Shown: positions 1 through 13,969, counted from the stretch's first letter. The stretch: 64,000 nucleotides of DNA from Paragordius varius (GCA_964247055.1 OZ176054.1:1860001-1924000), one strand, 5' to 3'. A program made the numbers and translations. Notes: generated by a model not told the origin, from the sequence alone.

Positions 1-3000
1 TATATAAACGATAATTTTGTGCATCACCGAAAACCTTATTCGTATTTTGGTGTACCATTGATATCATTAATAACAAAAACTGATACTCACGGTGTACCAC
101 GCTTAATGAATGAGCTAGCTCAATATTTGTTGAGACACTTTAGTGCCATATATTCGTTTCAGAAACAAAATTGTTCACCCAAAATAAAGGATAAGCATCA
201 AATGAAGCACAAATTTTCTGTTCCTTATTCTCTGGGCACTTACTCTCGTGATAATAATAATAATCATTATTTGAATGATTTGGTATACCTTACTTGGTCA
301 TCCAATTCGCATGCAATTCAATCAATATCATCTAAAGAAACGCCCCAAGTATCGGAAGATTTTCAACAAAAAATTTTGCGAGATTTAATTGCTGCCAGTA
401 GGTTTTTCTTTTTTCCCTGCGTCCATGAACCATCACTGGCTAACATAAACTTGTGTCACAAGAAAGACTTAATAATGGCTGAAATTCCACAATGTCGGAC
501 GGAAAATGAATCAGTTATGACATCCATACCTTATCATCAGCATCCGTGGTTACTTACTCCAGCCAGTTTGCATTCCCACATGGCATGTTTATCGGTCTCC
601 AAATTAACTGATGCCATCGATCAGTATGGGATTGAAGCATTTTTGGGCGAAATGGAACTGAGGTATGCGTTGACAGAAGCTACACAAGATATCATTTCTT
701 CCAGCGATAATAAAAGTTATAGCAATCCAAGCTACAAAGTTTTCTATCATTACGGCTTTGAAACGGGGAAAAACAGTCCTGTGTCGTCTATGGATAAAAC
801 GACCGTTGAAAAGGATAAAACATTATGCAGCGATCTAATTTTCATGATTTTTTTATTTTTAGAGAAATTGCCTCAGTCGCTCATTCCCTCGGATGTTACT
901 TTATCACTTATACAGATCCACATAAAAGCATTTAATACCAATGAGCACTTGAATGATAATATTTGTGTCGATATCAATGAAAGACTGAATGATAAGAATG
1001 CCCAAGAAAATTTGCATACACCAAAATTATTGGATGTGTATGGAAAGTTTTTGCGTGATACATTGCCCTCTGCCAATTATAGGCTAACTGTTTTCATTTT
1101 AACATTATTAAGGGATTTATGGATACTATCCAACAAAGATTCTGCACTTATGGAAAATTTTGTTACATGTTTTTCGTGTACGGCTACAATTTTTTTGAAA
1201 AATGACGTTGATACTTGTTGTAATGATACGTTGCTTTCATCACAATCTAATATGTTGCAAAGTAGTCCCCTATTTCATAATGAAGAAGAAAGCGAATCTT
1301 ATAGGGTAGCTCACGATTCTAGCGCGTATTTTAAGGCATGGAGGCCTATTGTTAAAACGCTTTTGTTGCACTCCAACACAATTTTTGCCATGGATATGGA
1401 TTATCAATGCTTAATGACCGATGTGATATCCTTAGCTCCATCTTTATACCACCACCATGGTGCACGTCAATCGCACGATAAAATTGAATTTATCAATCAC
1501 GTTACTCCTCCATTGAGTGTTGTTGGTGAGGGTGGATACCAAATTTTGAATCAAAATGATGAATCATCCAGTGAAACGAAAAATCCTACGTTCCTTAAAA
1601 TTTGTAAAGGTGAGAAAACATACATTGTACCAATCGAACAATTTGTGCAAAAAGTTGGTTCTGACATTTCAGATGTTCATTCTTATAACGGTCCTTCTCC
1701 CACTTCTTTATGCCAAGAAAATGCTTCGGCTATCATGGTCAATGATAATAATAATTGGCTTGATGGAAATAATAATAAACATAACAAATTTGTTGAAAAC
1801 ACAAATGTCACTATAAATGATATCAAATCTATTCCTATCCAAGAGAAATCAAGTATATATTTTAGTTTATGCTTGAAAATATGAATTATTTTTTTTGTAG
1901 TCGTAAGTTTTATGTACCTTTTTGACCGGATCAATTTTTATGCTAAAATATTTGAATGAAACATGTCATTTTATATTCTATATAGAAGGTACATTAGCTC
2001 TCAAAACAACTATGACCCTTGCTCTTAGAAAATGTTATGAATTGGTTGAATCGTTTAACTCTCATTTTTCATCGCACTCTTTTATTCATTCACACAAAGG
2101 AGAGTCGGTGTCTAATCATTCTGATCATTCATTTTTAGAAACGAAAAAGACTACCAACAATGTCAATTGCAAACCTGGTTCTTTAGCTTTGACCACTTGT
2201 CCAATCACCAACAATCATTGTTCAATAAATTCCCCCTTATCCAACAATCAATCCACTTTACTTTCCCCCGGTGTTAACAACGGATGTGAAATAAAGCAAA
2301 CAACTACTCCTGTGTGGGCAGATAATGCTATCGGTGCAGCATTTTGTGAAAAAATTTCTCAACTCTTTGATAACGAAGACCCGTCGCCAATATTGGTCCA
2401 AAATTATTCAAGTTTGAAAAACAACAACAACAACTGTGAAGATGGAGAACACTCATCTTTCATGATTGATCCCAAAATGGATTGTCCCATTCAAAACAAG
2501 AATTGTGCTAATATTGCCAATTCATCAAAACGTTTTTCTTATCCTTGTGGTAATGATTTGGCGTCCCATGGATTAGTGAAGAGTATTAATGCGCGAACGA
2601 AATCACAAAAGCCTAAAAGTACCGCTAAAAAAGTAAGTCTCTCACCAGTTACAACCTATTGCCCTGCAAGTGATGTTAAAGAGCCATTATCGTCATATAA
2701 TATGCCACCCCCTTCACCACCATGTGATCATGCATTTAACAAATACCCCTATCATCGTACATTTGCACCCAAAGTTTTTCACGAGTACAATCGCACATTT
2801 TCTACCAGCAGTAAAAGGTATTATGACAACAATCTAACCTACCCACCTGGAGATTTGTCACGATTTGATAAAACGTTTTCGCATAAAAGTTTTGTACCTT
2901 CGGCAAAGGGTCAGTATAAAAGATTACGAAAAAATAGCAACGGCAATTCAAAGGCGAAAGATGTATCACAAACCCCTTTAGCCATGTCATCTCCTAAATG

Positions 3001-5248
3001 GAACTCTGAGAAAGAAAACAACTTTACGGATTCTAACACAGCCGATGTTAACAAAAAACGGCCATCTTCACCATTTATCATGGATAGTTTTAATGATATT
3101 CAATCCAAACTTAGGCTCTACGAACGTAAATTGAAACATTACGAAACGGAATTTATGCAAGAAAAGGGTTATCCACCCACGGATACCGATAAGCATGCTG
3201 TGTACGAAATACGTAAGTACATGGTTAAGATTGAACGTTTAAAGCGTCAGGAGCCTCGTAGCAAAATGTCCAAGTGTAAGTCTAGCACCTCACTTTACCC
3301 GGGAAAAAAGTTTGCGTCTGCTACAGCTTTTCCTTTTCCCTCTAGGGATCATGCCTCAAACTCGAATCAATCAACGGAATCGAATTCTCTTAATCTCCCA
3401 CTTGTGCATTTAAAAGGCCATAGTAATCATAAGCGTATTTGCTATCCCCGCAAAATGAGCTTTGAACGGTCATTACTCTTTACATTGTGTAAACCGGTTC
3501 ATTGCTTGGTTAAGGCATTTACACCCTACTATCCTACTCTGTGTGATACTTTATGGGATCAAATATGTTTGTCACCTTTGTTGATTGATCCTTATATTGT
3601 TGTTGATGCTGACAAATGTAAGGATAATCAAACAACCTTAATGGATACTTTATCGCGATTGCTTGAAGAAGTTGGTACAGAATTGAGCGCACATAAACAA
3701 AAGCACATATTGCATCGTGTTATGGTAGATTTTGAGCGATTATGGTTTAACCGTGATTCAGATATGGTCCATGATGATATCATCAATCAAAAAGAATCCC
3801 ATCAGCTCGACAAAGATTTCTCCTCCCACTCCAACAATAAAAACGAAAATGATTCATCGTTTGAAACGATTAGCCGTGTTTTGAGTCAACGTTATCGACG
3901 TCTTAGGCATAATTCACATGCCCGCATTTCTGTAAGTGAATTGCATTTTTACCTTGTTTATTTAGAAGCAAATATAAAAATCAATTTTTATTTCATATAG
4001 CCCAGAATCTCTATGCCAGACCTTCCCACTATTAAAGAAGGGCATCCTTGGACACCCGACGATAGTCTTACGTCTCTCAACACATTTGAATCGGAAAGTG
4101 GTGGTGAGAATGACCAATTAACTAGGCAATGTGATGGCGATGACTTGTATTCCATAAATCAAGGTACCTTGGATGATATGCAGGAATCAGACTCTTTCTT
4201 CGATGGACCAGTTGAAAATAGGCTCAAACACAAAAGTAAATTTTAATTGGCCTTAACTAAAGAGAAACTTTAAATATCATAAGGATTTCTGAGTCTCCTA
4301 AAACTTAATTTGGTATACTTAATAAATAAATATTGTTTTATTTCACCTTATCTAATCCAGTGATGAGATTATCATTTATTTTATCCTTTATTGATACTAA
4401 TATCTAGGCAAAGTTAATTTGCGCCATCGTGCATATACATTTACTTCCGGTTATCGTTTATCACCGCATCAACGATCTTATTCATACCCCTCTGAAAAAA
4501 ATGTAGATGATGAATTAAGTAGTATCAAGGGCGACGAATCGGAACACAAACAAGTCAATTTAACTCATGAAGATGGTTTAAGGGATGTTGTTTCGTCTAA
4601 TATTCCGTCCACTATGCAAACTATGATAAAAAATGATTATACTGATTTTTTCGGTGCCAATGTACAAAATGCTTCATTGTGAGTATCAAATTTTTACGAA
4701 TAAAATTAAAATTTAATCATTTTTTGGGCTAAAACTTAGACTTGTTTGAATACAACAAAAAACGCTTTTCAATATCTTTAAGTGTATATAAAATGTTTAA
4801 AAATCTTATATAGTATGTTTTGTCTTTTAGTTTATAGAAAATTTCTACTCAATACATTATTTTTTTGTGATTATATATGGTGGGTGAGATATATCCGTAA
4901 ATTAATTATATTTAATCATGGTCATACGACCTTAGGGATGAATTATTACAAGAACGGAGAAAGATTAAGGAAGGTAAAAAGCGGTTAAAGAATTTGGCTT
5001 GTATTCCTTTGGAAATGCCTACGGACGATCTTACAAGCCCCGAAGTTTTTTACCATATTGATCCTATGAATAATAATAATAATCATGATAATAATTTGAC
5101 ATCAACGGCAGAGCTAAATGAAAAACGTGCATATTTTGTTCCCAACATTGAATATTACGAAGCATATAAAATGGCTAAGAAAAAGTTGCGATTGGTTGAA
5201 GCCCTTATCAATAAATTACAGAAAAAAGCTTCCACGCTAAATAATTAA
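1..5248 (+). CDS. FAM13: FAM13-family protein (degenerate N-terminal RhoGAP domain plus FAM13 coiled-coil C-terminus), 5'-partial
   Basis: Exons <1-1852, 1986-3931, 4001-4235, 4408-4678 and 4936-5248 join in phase through GT-AG introns. RhoGAP-like blocks: FGVPL..GVPRLMNELAQYL, FLFLEKLPQSLIP, LPSANYRLT. FAM13 blocks: IQSKLRLYERKLKHYETEFMQEKGYPP and the terminal YEAYKMAKKKLRLVEALINK. The frame is open from base 1. Confidence 0.85.
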
Positions 5249-6250
5249 TAGTTGTTTGTTATATATAAATATGTATGTAAACTTATTAGCTTTAAAATCA
5301 TTCATTTTATCAATTTTTAACACTTTGTTATATTAGACAGCAATCGTTTCCCGGCAAATATTAATTATTTATATAAATTATATAATTACTCAATTTATAA
5401 ATATGTATAGCATAGTTGAAATAATAATCAAAACTTTAGATACCCATTATACTAATACATATAACATATTTTGGAGTACAGACATTCATTGACTCTTATA
5501 AACATAAATATTTTTATCATTTAAAAAGGAAAAATATTAATTCCTAACAAGATATATTAAATAAATGTACATTTAGTTTTATAGTTGGTAAAGTATTAAA
5601 ATATATGTTTATATATATACCATACTATATTATATTTATATCCAAATACCTAGCCCGAATTAATTTTTTATACGTTTGAATACTTTTTGGAATCATATTA
5701 TCCCTTTGTATAACTTTTGGGATATATGATTTTATATTACATATAACATAAATATATATATATATATATTAATTGTTTCTAAAAGCTTTATCCACTTGAT
5801 ATTTTTCATAGTAAAAAATGTATATTATATATGTAAATTTTATATTACACACCTTTTGCAGTAATTATATGCTTTCTAGTTTACTATTCTCATTAGATAT
5901 CAATCATATACGTTTATGTAATGTTATACATACTTACATACATATATTAATCCAGAGTTTATAGACAAATACACTAATAATAAAGAGTTTAGCTTGATTA
6001 TTTATGATCAATGTATGTACCGCGAATGGTATGAAACAAAACAATTATGGCAAAAAATATCGTATTTAGGATTAATATGTGTAAAACAAATTAAATAGGA
6101 TGAATATTAAATAAACCGCAAGTAATTAAAAATTCTTTTGCTAATATTACGACTTCAATTCTATAATTTAAATAGACGAAAAAATATAGCAAAAATGTTT
6201 ATAGTCTGCTATATTGTTTAAATTAAAAACTATATTGTATTAATAATTAT

Positions 6251-6376
6251 GAGTTTTCCCTCAAAGAGGGTAGAAAAAATTTACCAAAAATGGATTTATG
6301 ACTCATAATTGGTTCTATGCACGGAAATCTTTAGTAAAAGGCGAAAGATTTATACGTTATGCAAAGAACCTGAGTT
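6251..6376 (-). ncRNA. U5: U5 spliceosomal snRNA
   Basis: The minus strand reads ACUCAGGUUCUUUGCA..AAAUCUUUC-GCCUUUUAC-UAAAGAUUUCCGUGCAUAGAACC..UGAGU. This contains the invariant loop I, paired stems Ia/Ib/Ic and the CCG internal loop. An Sm site (AUUUUUGG) and a 3' stem-loop follow. Ends are approximate. Confidence 0.95.
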
Positions 6377-6420
6377 AGGTTCTGTGTGTATTGAGCTGAT
6401 ATATATAGATTTATTTAATA

Positions 6421-6445
6421 TGCAATAATAAGGCGTGATTTCCCA
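6421..6445 (-). promoter_or_regulatory. Candidate proximal sequence element (PSE) of the U5 gene
   Basis: GGAAATCACGCCTTATTA lies about 55-65 nt upstream of the U5 start, where snRNA PSEs occur, and has a TCAC core. Support is positional only. Confidence 0.3.
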
Positions 6446-7639
6446 GTGTATGTAAAGTAAAATATTTATAGAGATAAAAAATATTTGATAGAATACTATA
6501 AATATTATACAATTTGTCTCCAAAATATTTTATTATAAAGTAATTACCTCGAGAAAAGAAATTATTTGTTATTAAATAAAGAGGGCGCATATTGGCATGC
6601 GTTGCAATTGTATTTTTTAGTGATGAATTGTGAAGAAAGTATTCGTAAAACATTGTGATAAGCACATAACATATATATATACAAATAATTTAATTATAGG
6701 TAATAGGAATCAGAACCGTCGACAAAGAGTTAACTCACTCGCTAATTATATTGTTTCTTCACAATTTAACAATTAGTAATAATCCGTTTCTCTCTTATCT
6801 GTATACAAACGTTTTGGGAATTTTACTTTTAATTTTTACAATAACCTTAATTTCACTATTCTTTATTTTATTAGAGTTTTAAATAAAATATATGAAATTT
6901 CAAAAATATTATAAATTAACAAAGGTTCTGAAATTTTATTCGGGTTATAAGGATTTAACATTTAAAATTCCACAAAATCACAAAAATGGTTTTTCTTATA
7001 AAAGTTAATTTTTTAATGAAAAAAAATTTTAAGCGTTTTTCTTAAAAATAAAAGTTATACCCAAAATACTGTGAAAACATCTGTTTTTTATTTTTTGATT
7101 ATTTGCCCTTTCCTTTCTATGGCGCACACGCATTTGAAATTCATCGAATCTATTTTTCATAAATTGATTAGCCAAAACGTATAAAATTTACTTTGAAACA
7201 ATCTAATCGACGGCTTCTTTAGAATATAAATACGTCATCTAATTAACACATAAAACATAACCACTGTACCTCGAAAATATTTTTTGGCTTAGAGGACAAA
7301 ATTCTAGGCATTATATAATATTTCTTCCAGAAAACTCAAATTAATTTTTGGCGATTAATTAAGCTATTTGCAGACAAAAAGTTCATCCAATTTTGGGGTA
7401 AATTACCAAAACTCGCCTTCTCCTTGGTACGATACTGAAACTGCTATTGTAAATTTTATTATTTATATTAGCAAGCACTATCCTAAATATTTTATAAGTC
7501 ACAATCGTGTAACTCATCTTGTATTAACACCGATTTAAATTATTGAAATATACAATTTGAAAATGCTTTAAATAGTGTCAAGGCGGTTGAATAGAATTTA
7601 TTTTTGATTATTTTAATTTTTGGGACATGATAATAAGTT

Positions 7640-10600
7640 TTATGGGATCAAAATAATTCTTCCGATTGATTTCTTCTCCTTCAAATTTTGTATGGCTTCA
7701 TTTAGCTAAAAAGTTTCCAATAATATATACTGTGCAAAAAAATTTTAAAAAATAATTTTTTTCATGAGATAGCTTATGACTAGCGAATACATTTGCCGTA
7801 AAATTTTTAATTTGTTTACGACCTAGTTTTTGATATTGAGAGAAAATCGGAATCGGACTAAAAGTGAAAGTTAAGGATAATTAAGTGTTTTCAAAAAATA
7901 ATGATAAAAATTGAGATATTATGGTTCATTATCATTTTAAGATAAATCGACCAAAATCATATAGTTAGGGTTTGTACGAATTACAGTTAAAAAGATGGCA
8001 TTTTTTTTTCTTTGGATATACTTAAAATATAAAACATGTCTGTGCCATTTATTTATACCTGATCAAATTTGTAGACTGTGGCATCGGTTGTGGGATTAAT
8101 ATAACCCTTTTCCCAATATTCGCTAATTTTGGCAAAAGCCTCACCAAAAACAGGACTCTCCTGACGACGGTTAAAATAATTTGTCATTGTATATCCTATA
8201 AATTTGTTGTATATTAGTTAGCAGTAAAAAATAGAGTAAAAATTGAAAATATATGGACAAAACGTAAAATATAAAGACAAATAGTTTTTTTTTCAAATGA
8301 CCGTTGTACGTTTTAAACTTGATTTTTTGTATAAACTCATTGTTTTAAAAAGCAAATTTAGAAAATAAGGATGTAAGTTGTAAACACAATTGTATATTTT
8401 TAAATTGTTATTAAATAATTAAGGTTTTAATAAGAATATTCGTCTTCTGGAAAAAATATTTGTCTTTACATTTTTACGTTCTGTCTGTATTTCAATTTCA
8501 ACTGTAAAATAAAATACTGTAAATTATAAAGTATAAGCTACAGTCAAAACTCTTTCGGGCTCACGGGACGTCCTGAAAAATTGACATCAGAAAAAAAACT
8601 TCAAAAGCTTTCCCCATTATAATATAGAGAAAAATCAGCCTAAACGTTTGACTTTAGAAGCGTGTATAATTAGGAAAATTAAATTTCTAGCTATTTTTTT
8701 GCGGGCTCAAACAATACACAAAATTCCTGATAGTGTGGATGATAGGATTCGGATTTATTATATATAAATTTTATAAAAGATCTTCACAGTTATAATTTTA
8801 AAAATAGTTATTAAATATTGAAATTACCATATAAGGCAGAATTAATGTCAAAAATCAATTTTATTTTTGTTTATTGTGATCATATACTATCGAACCAAAA
8901 TGTCACAACGGTCTATTTACAAAAAAAATATTTCAAAAAAGTTTGACTGTATATAAAAGGTGAAAAATACCCGAAACAGTCAAATTACTCCAAAGTAATT
9001 TGTTCAAGGGCAAAGTTGGTATGCCACCCGATGCAAATCCTACCGTAATAATTCTTCCATCAAACGCCATACTAAGAGATAACATGCGCATTAAAATTAA
9101 TTTTTTTTAAGTAATTATTAAAAATATTTGGTAATTTTTTAGCACGAAATGAGATCATTAATGAATTTCACCCTTGAATATTCAAATTCACTCTTAAACT
9201 TTTCAGATATACTCTTAGACAATTCATATTCACACTAAAAATAGTTTAAGGGATAATTTAACACTTTATTGATATAAAAGATTTCTTTATGCCATAATTT
9301 ATTATTTTTTCTGTATTGTGTCAATTTTAAACACATTTATATTTTTAATTAATATTAAAAAAAAACATAAGCAATTTTTGATAATCAAAAACCCATAATT
9401 TATCGAAAGTGAATATGAAATGTTTATTAAGGGCGAATTTAAAGGTGTTATGATATATAACGTAAGTTATGCGATGATATATTAATAAATATACCTCTTT
9501 AATGAATCTTCAAAGACTTCACCGCCAACGGTATCAAAAAATAAATCGATTCCATGCTTATCTGTCAAATAATCAACCTGTTCCTTAATGTGATTTTTCC
9601 TTTTACCTATCACATATATATAATGCTGATTCGTATTGTTAAATTAGTTTCAAACTGTTTTATAAAAATTATAATTTCTCTTTAGTTACCATCCTTCCAT
9701 CTTTAAATTGGAACTAGCGTAAGAAAATTATTAAAAATTGTTCCCAAAACTGTCCGTTTGTTAAAATAGTATATTAGTCGAAAAAAGTAAATTTAAAAGT
9801 AATCGAATTTTTTCAATTATTTAAACTTAAATTTTTATTTACTACGGGTAAACTTGTCAAATATAATTACAATTAAAACAACATAAAAAACTGTTTCAAA
9901 CTTGTAATAATACCCCCCTATATTACATAAAATGTTAATGAATAAAACAAAAGCATAATCCTAAATATATTTAAAAAGGAATATTACCTTCTTTGGAAGT
10001 TTTTTCTTCTTTGTTGGGTTTTGTATCGCTTTCAGAGGTGACTTTTTTATTGGAGTCAGTCTCAAGTTTTATGGAGCTTTCATGTGGTTTAAACATATCC
10101 GAGCCAATTTCTATAGTAGCAAATGCTCCTTTTTGGCGTATAGCTTCACTTTTAGATGGACTGGAAGTTATGCCATATACCTACAATAAATTGATTGAAA
10201 TATTCATATTTTATGCAAAATATTTAATTGGTTTTAAAATTAATTATATTAACAATCAAGATAAAAAAAAGGTGTTTAGTATGATAACTGTCCGTTTAAA
10301 TTATGTTTTTGATGAAAATATATAGGTCAAAACAATATTTTCATTCATAACAACACATATTAGATCTAGGAAAATATTGATAATTATTAAAGTATAACCA
10401 TACTTTTTAGGATAAAATTTACAATTAAATTAAGGGACAAACAAGTAGATAAAAAATCGTTACATTCTACTGCACATATATTTTCTAAGTGAACATAATT
10501 TGACTAAATTCAATTCAAATAATAAAATTCTTAAAGATTTTAATCAATCATTAATAAAATATTTTTAAATTTATTGATATAAAATTTAGAACCTTGGCTT

Positions 10601-13424
10601 TAAACACATTTGCACATATATCAATAGCTGCCATGCCAACAGCTCCACCAGCCCCAGAAACTAAAACTTTATCACTGGGGAAAAAATGTATAAAAAAAAT
10701 TATAAAATTTTAATTATTAAAAAAAATTAAAACGTATTTTAAAATTATTTTTTTTTGTACTTGAACGTAGCATCGTGAAGCTTAAAGATACTGATATATC
10801 TTGGCAAACTTTAATTTTATCGCAAAATATTTTGCTACTACTGAAAAATCATTTATTTAACCATAAAATAATCATGATAAAAAAACCAACCTATTTTTGA
10901 GTTTGCCCTTATGTAGGAGCCCTAACCATGCAGTAATGTAGGGAGAATACAATGCATTGGCTAATTTAACATCCATTGATTGCGGGAGTCGGAAAGCATT
11001 CTATTATATATATATATATATATATACCATTTACAGTTCAAATTCACCCTTAAACAATTCAAATTCACCCTTGAACAATTCACCCTTGAACAATTCAAAT
11101 TCACCCTCGAACAATTCAAATTCACCCTAAAAAATAAATTATGAAACTTCGGTCTAATATAACTCATCATTAAAATTAATATATTTTTATGGCAAAGTTT
11201 ATTATTTTTTCAGTATTATTTTGATTACTTACAAAATTTCTTTTTTTTATAAATATAAAAAATATAGGTAATATATAATCTTAAAAAACACATAATTTAT
11301 TTTAGGGTGAATTTGAATTGTTTGAAGGTGAATTTGAATTGTTCAAGGGTGAATTTGAATTGTTTAAGGGTGAATTTGAACTGTAAATGGTATATATCAA
11401 ATTAATCTGAAAATCTAATTTTCATAAAATACTTGTGTGTGATAAAATATATTTTTGACCAATCAACTAAAGACGATGATATAAAGGATTAATAAATTAA
11501 TAGTTCTCAAAATCAAGTTTTAAGGTTATCTGGTTTCTTGTCTAAAAGTTCAATATATACTATTACAACCTTGTCTTTAATAATAGTAAATTTGCTTTAA
11601 CTTTTCTAGATCTGTTATAACTGAAAATATATTTTAATTAGTAATTATAATTTGTCTATAGGTCTACCAGCTATTTATCCTTGGTAAGCCTAAACTCAAA
11701 AGCGAGTGTCCCCTTTTAGCAAGTATATTTTTTACAAGATATACTGACTCCAAAAACGACGCATTTCGCAATAATTAAAAGAAGTTTTAAATTTCGAAAA
11801 GGAAAAAAACTAAAATTTCTCAACAAAAAATATTATGATATCGCGGGTGCACTTTATAATTTTTAACATCATTTTAGGTCTGATAAATATAAAACAAATA
11901 CATACCGTGTTATCTACGACAAATCGATTAGTATATCCTCCACCACTGGGTAAAAATACGAAAACCAAATCACCCACATTGAAGGCATCTTTGGGCACGG
12001 AAGAACCAATCTCAATAACTTTTCCACACGCTTCCCGGCCTAATATTTAAAGTATTCCGAATTTTAAATCGATTTTTATCAAAAGCTCTTGTATACTCAA
12101 AAAATTAAGTTTTATATTATATTTCTTTAACAAAAACTAACAAGAACAAAAAAAATTTTAAATTTCCAATATTCGAATATTCAAGTAAGCAATATATACC
12201 ATTTACACTTCAAATTCACCCTTGAACAATTCAAATTCACCCTCGAACAATTCAAATTCACCCTTGAACAATTCAAATTCACCTTTGAACAATTCAAATT
12301 CACCCTAAAAATAAATCATGTATTTTCGAACTAATATAACTCATTATTAATATGAACTATATATTATGTTATAGTTTATTATTTTTTCAGTATGATTTTA
12401 ATATAAAACAAAATTTTTATTTTTTAAAAATATATAAAAATATTGGTAATTTTTAATTAAAAAAATATATTTTATTTGAGGGTGAATTTGAATTGTTCGA
12501 GGGTGAATTTGAATTGTTTAAGGATGAATTTGAATTGTTTAAGGGTGAAATTGAATTGTAAATGGTATAAAACCTGGAATAAAAGGAACATTGGGTTTTA
12601 TCTGATATTTCCCTTGTACCTGGAGCATATCGGCAAAGGTAAGACCAGAGCTTTGTGTTTCAATTAATAACTAATTTAAAAAATTATAATGCTACAAAAT
12701 AACTTTTCTTTCATAATTAATCTTTTATATAAAACATATTTTAAGGGGGGGGGGGGGGGGGGGAGCCCAATATTTTAATTTGCAATAAATAAAATATTAT
12801 ACCTAAAGTTTTTTCACCCTGCTAATTAACGAAAAAAAGCTTTTAGTATTATTGTATTGATCTTTTAAACGCTTTTAATAGCCTATCTTAATCAGTATTT
12901 AATTTTTAGTAATAAAATAACATTAATAAACATATTAAATATGAGATAGAAATTACTCAGGGGCAGTCAAATACCTCAAGTAATATGTTTAAAGTAGGAA
13001 AAAAATTAAAATATATTAAAAAATATCTTCTGTGCGCAATAGATAAAACCTCATTTTTATCCAATTTAGGCTGGTACGATGGATCATCAACAAAATCAAA
13101 ATGCAGACCATATTCCTTAATGTATGCCGAATGTCGGGTTGTTACAGGTAGTTTCACTTCAGAATCAGATTTACCAGAATTTTTTTCCATACTTGGAATT
13201 TCACTTGATGGTTGAGTTGAGGCAAAACGACAAAATTTGTGACAATGATATAAATGACAATTGTTGATTTTTAAAAGATTATTTGTATTGTTAATATTAA
13301 GATTATTATTATTATATAATCTTTTATGCAATGATTTTACATTTAATATATTTTGCCTTACGGATAAGAAGAGTGGAGAAGCAAAAAATTTGAATGCACA
13401 CAAAGGACGTATTAACGTAACCAT
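7640..13424 (-). CDS. NADPH:quinone oxidoreductase-like protein (MDR/zeta-crystallin family), probably mitochondrial
   Basis: Ten in-phase exons: 13424-13050, 12670-12574, 12039-11906, 11000-10891, 10674-10593, 10180-9988, 9606-9495, 9071-8971, 8195-8059, 7705-7640. Motifs: GLTFADMLQVQGKYQIKPNVPFIPGRE, FNVGDLVF, VLVSGAGGAVGMAAIDI, DTVGG, FDGRIITVGFASG, KKSIGRIILIP*. The basic N-terminus resembles a presequence. Confidence 0.9.
8224..8517. mobile_element. Tc1/mariner-type MITE, family A (copy 1)
   Basis: Imperfect TIRs (CAGTAAAA..GGACAAAACGTAAAA..AAAGACAAA and its reverse complement). The same sequence recurs at ~13681-13969 and partially at ~26179. Confidence 0.65.
8541..8949. mobile_element. 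Tc1/mariner-type MITE
   Basis: TA|CAGTCAAAACT at the left end and AAGTTTGACTG|TA at the right end; non-coding, in a QOR intron. Confidence 0.55.
11027..11390 (+). mobile_element. Foldback MITE family F, copy 1
   Basis: TATA|CCATTTACAGTTCAAATTCACCC ... GGGTGAATTTGAACTGTAAATGG|TATA. Each arm carries tandem ~21-bp TTGAACAATTCAAATTCACCC units around a conserved AT-rich core. Confidence 0.9.
12199..12565 (+). mobile_element. Foldback MITE family F, copy 2
   Basis: Same termini, 21-bp repeats and core, with TATA on both flanks. It begins 9 nt into a QOR intron. Confidence 0.9.
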
Positions 13425-13680
13425 GAACGAATGTGGCTAGCTTATAAGACTAGTCTAAATAAGCATAATTTTTAAATTCGGGATTAACACAATAGCGAAA
13501 ACTTTTTGCATATCTGTAATAATTTAAATTTTTAAATTTTAATTCGTTTTAATTTAAAAAGTGTTCCTCGACAATTTAAAATTTTAATATTTGTTCTAAT
13601 AATAAATTTATCGCTGCATGGATTATATATATATATATATATATATTGGCTTACAAAAATTTTTCATTCAACTTTAATAT

Positions 13681-13969
13681 ACGGTAAATATTGAAATTAT
13701 ACGGACAAAACGTAAAAATATAAAGACAAATATTTTTTTCTAAAAAACAATTGTACTTTTTTATATCCTGATTTTCCTATGCAAAACTCATTGATTTAAA
13801 CTGTAAAGTAGAAATAGGGATGTACATTAGTAACACAATCAATGAATATTAAGATTCTAACGAAATTATTTTTATAAGATAAATTAAGATTTAAGAAAGC
13901 ATGGTTGTCTTTTGATAAAAAAATTATACATATTTTTACGTTTTGTCCGTATGAATTCAGTTTTTACTG
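13681..13969. mobile_element. Tc1/mariner-type MITE, family A (copy 2)
   Basis: TIR of about 45 bp: (TA)CGGTAAATATTGAAATTATACGGACAAAACGTAAAAA at the left, and its reverse complement ending ACTG(TA) at the right. Confidence 0.7.

Noticed and set aside
1853-1985. Stop-codon reassignment or frameshifting to explain the adjacent long ORFs 19-1884 and 1922-4000
   Set aside because: An ordinary 133-nt phase-1 GT-AG intron joins them, and all genes end at standard stops.
10961-11170. Repetitive ORFs reading [13 protein letters not shown] (also 12476, 22957, 50934, 51122)
   Set aside because: These are translations of the 21-bp repeats of the foldback MITE, not proteins.
11030-11390. Regularly repeated 21-bp units resembling a CRISPR array
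   Set aside because: The units are directly tandem without unique spacers, lie in inverted arms, and are in a eukaryotic intron.
12745-12763. Run of about 19 G in QOR intron 1
   Set aside because: A single homopolymer; it could form a G-quadruplex, but its length is unreliable and there is no supporting context.
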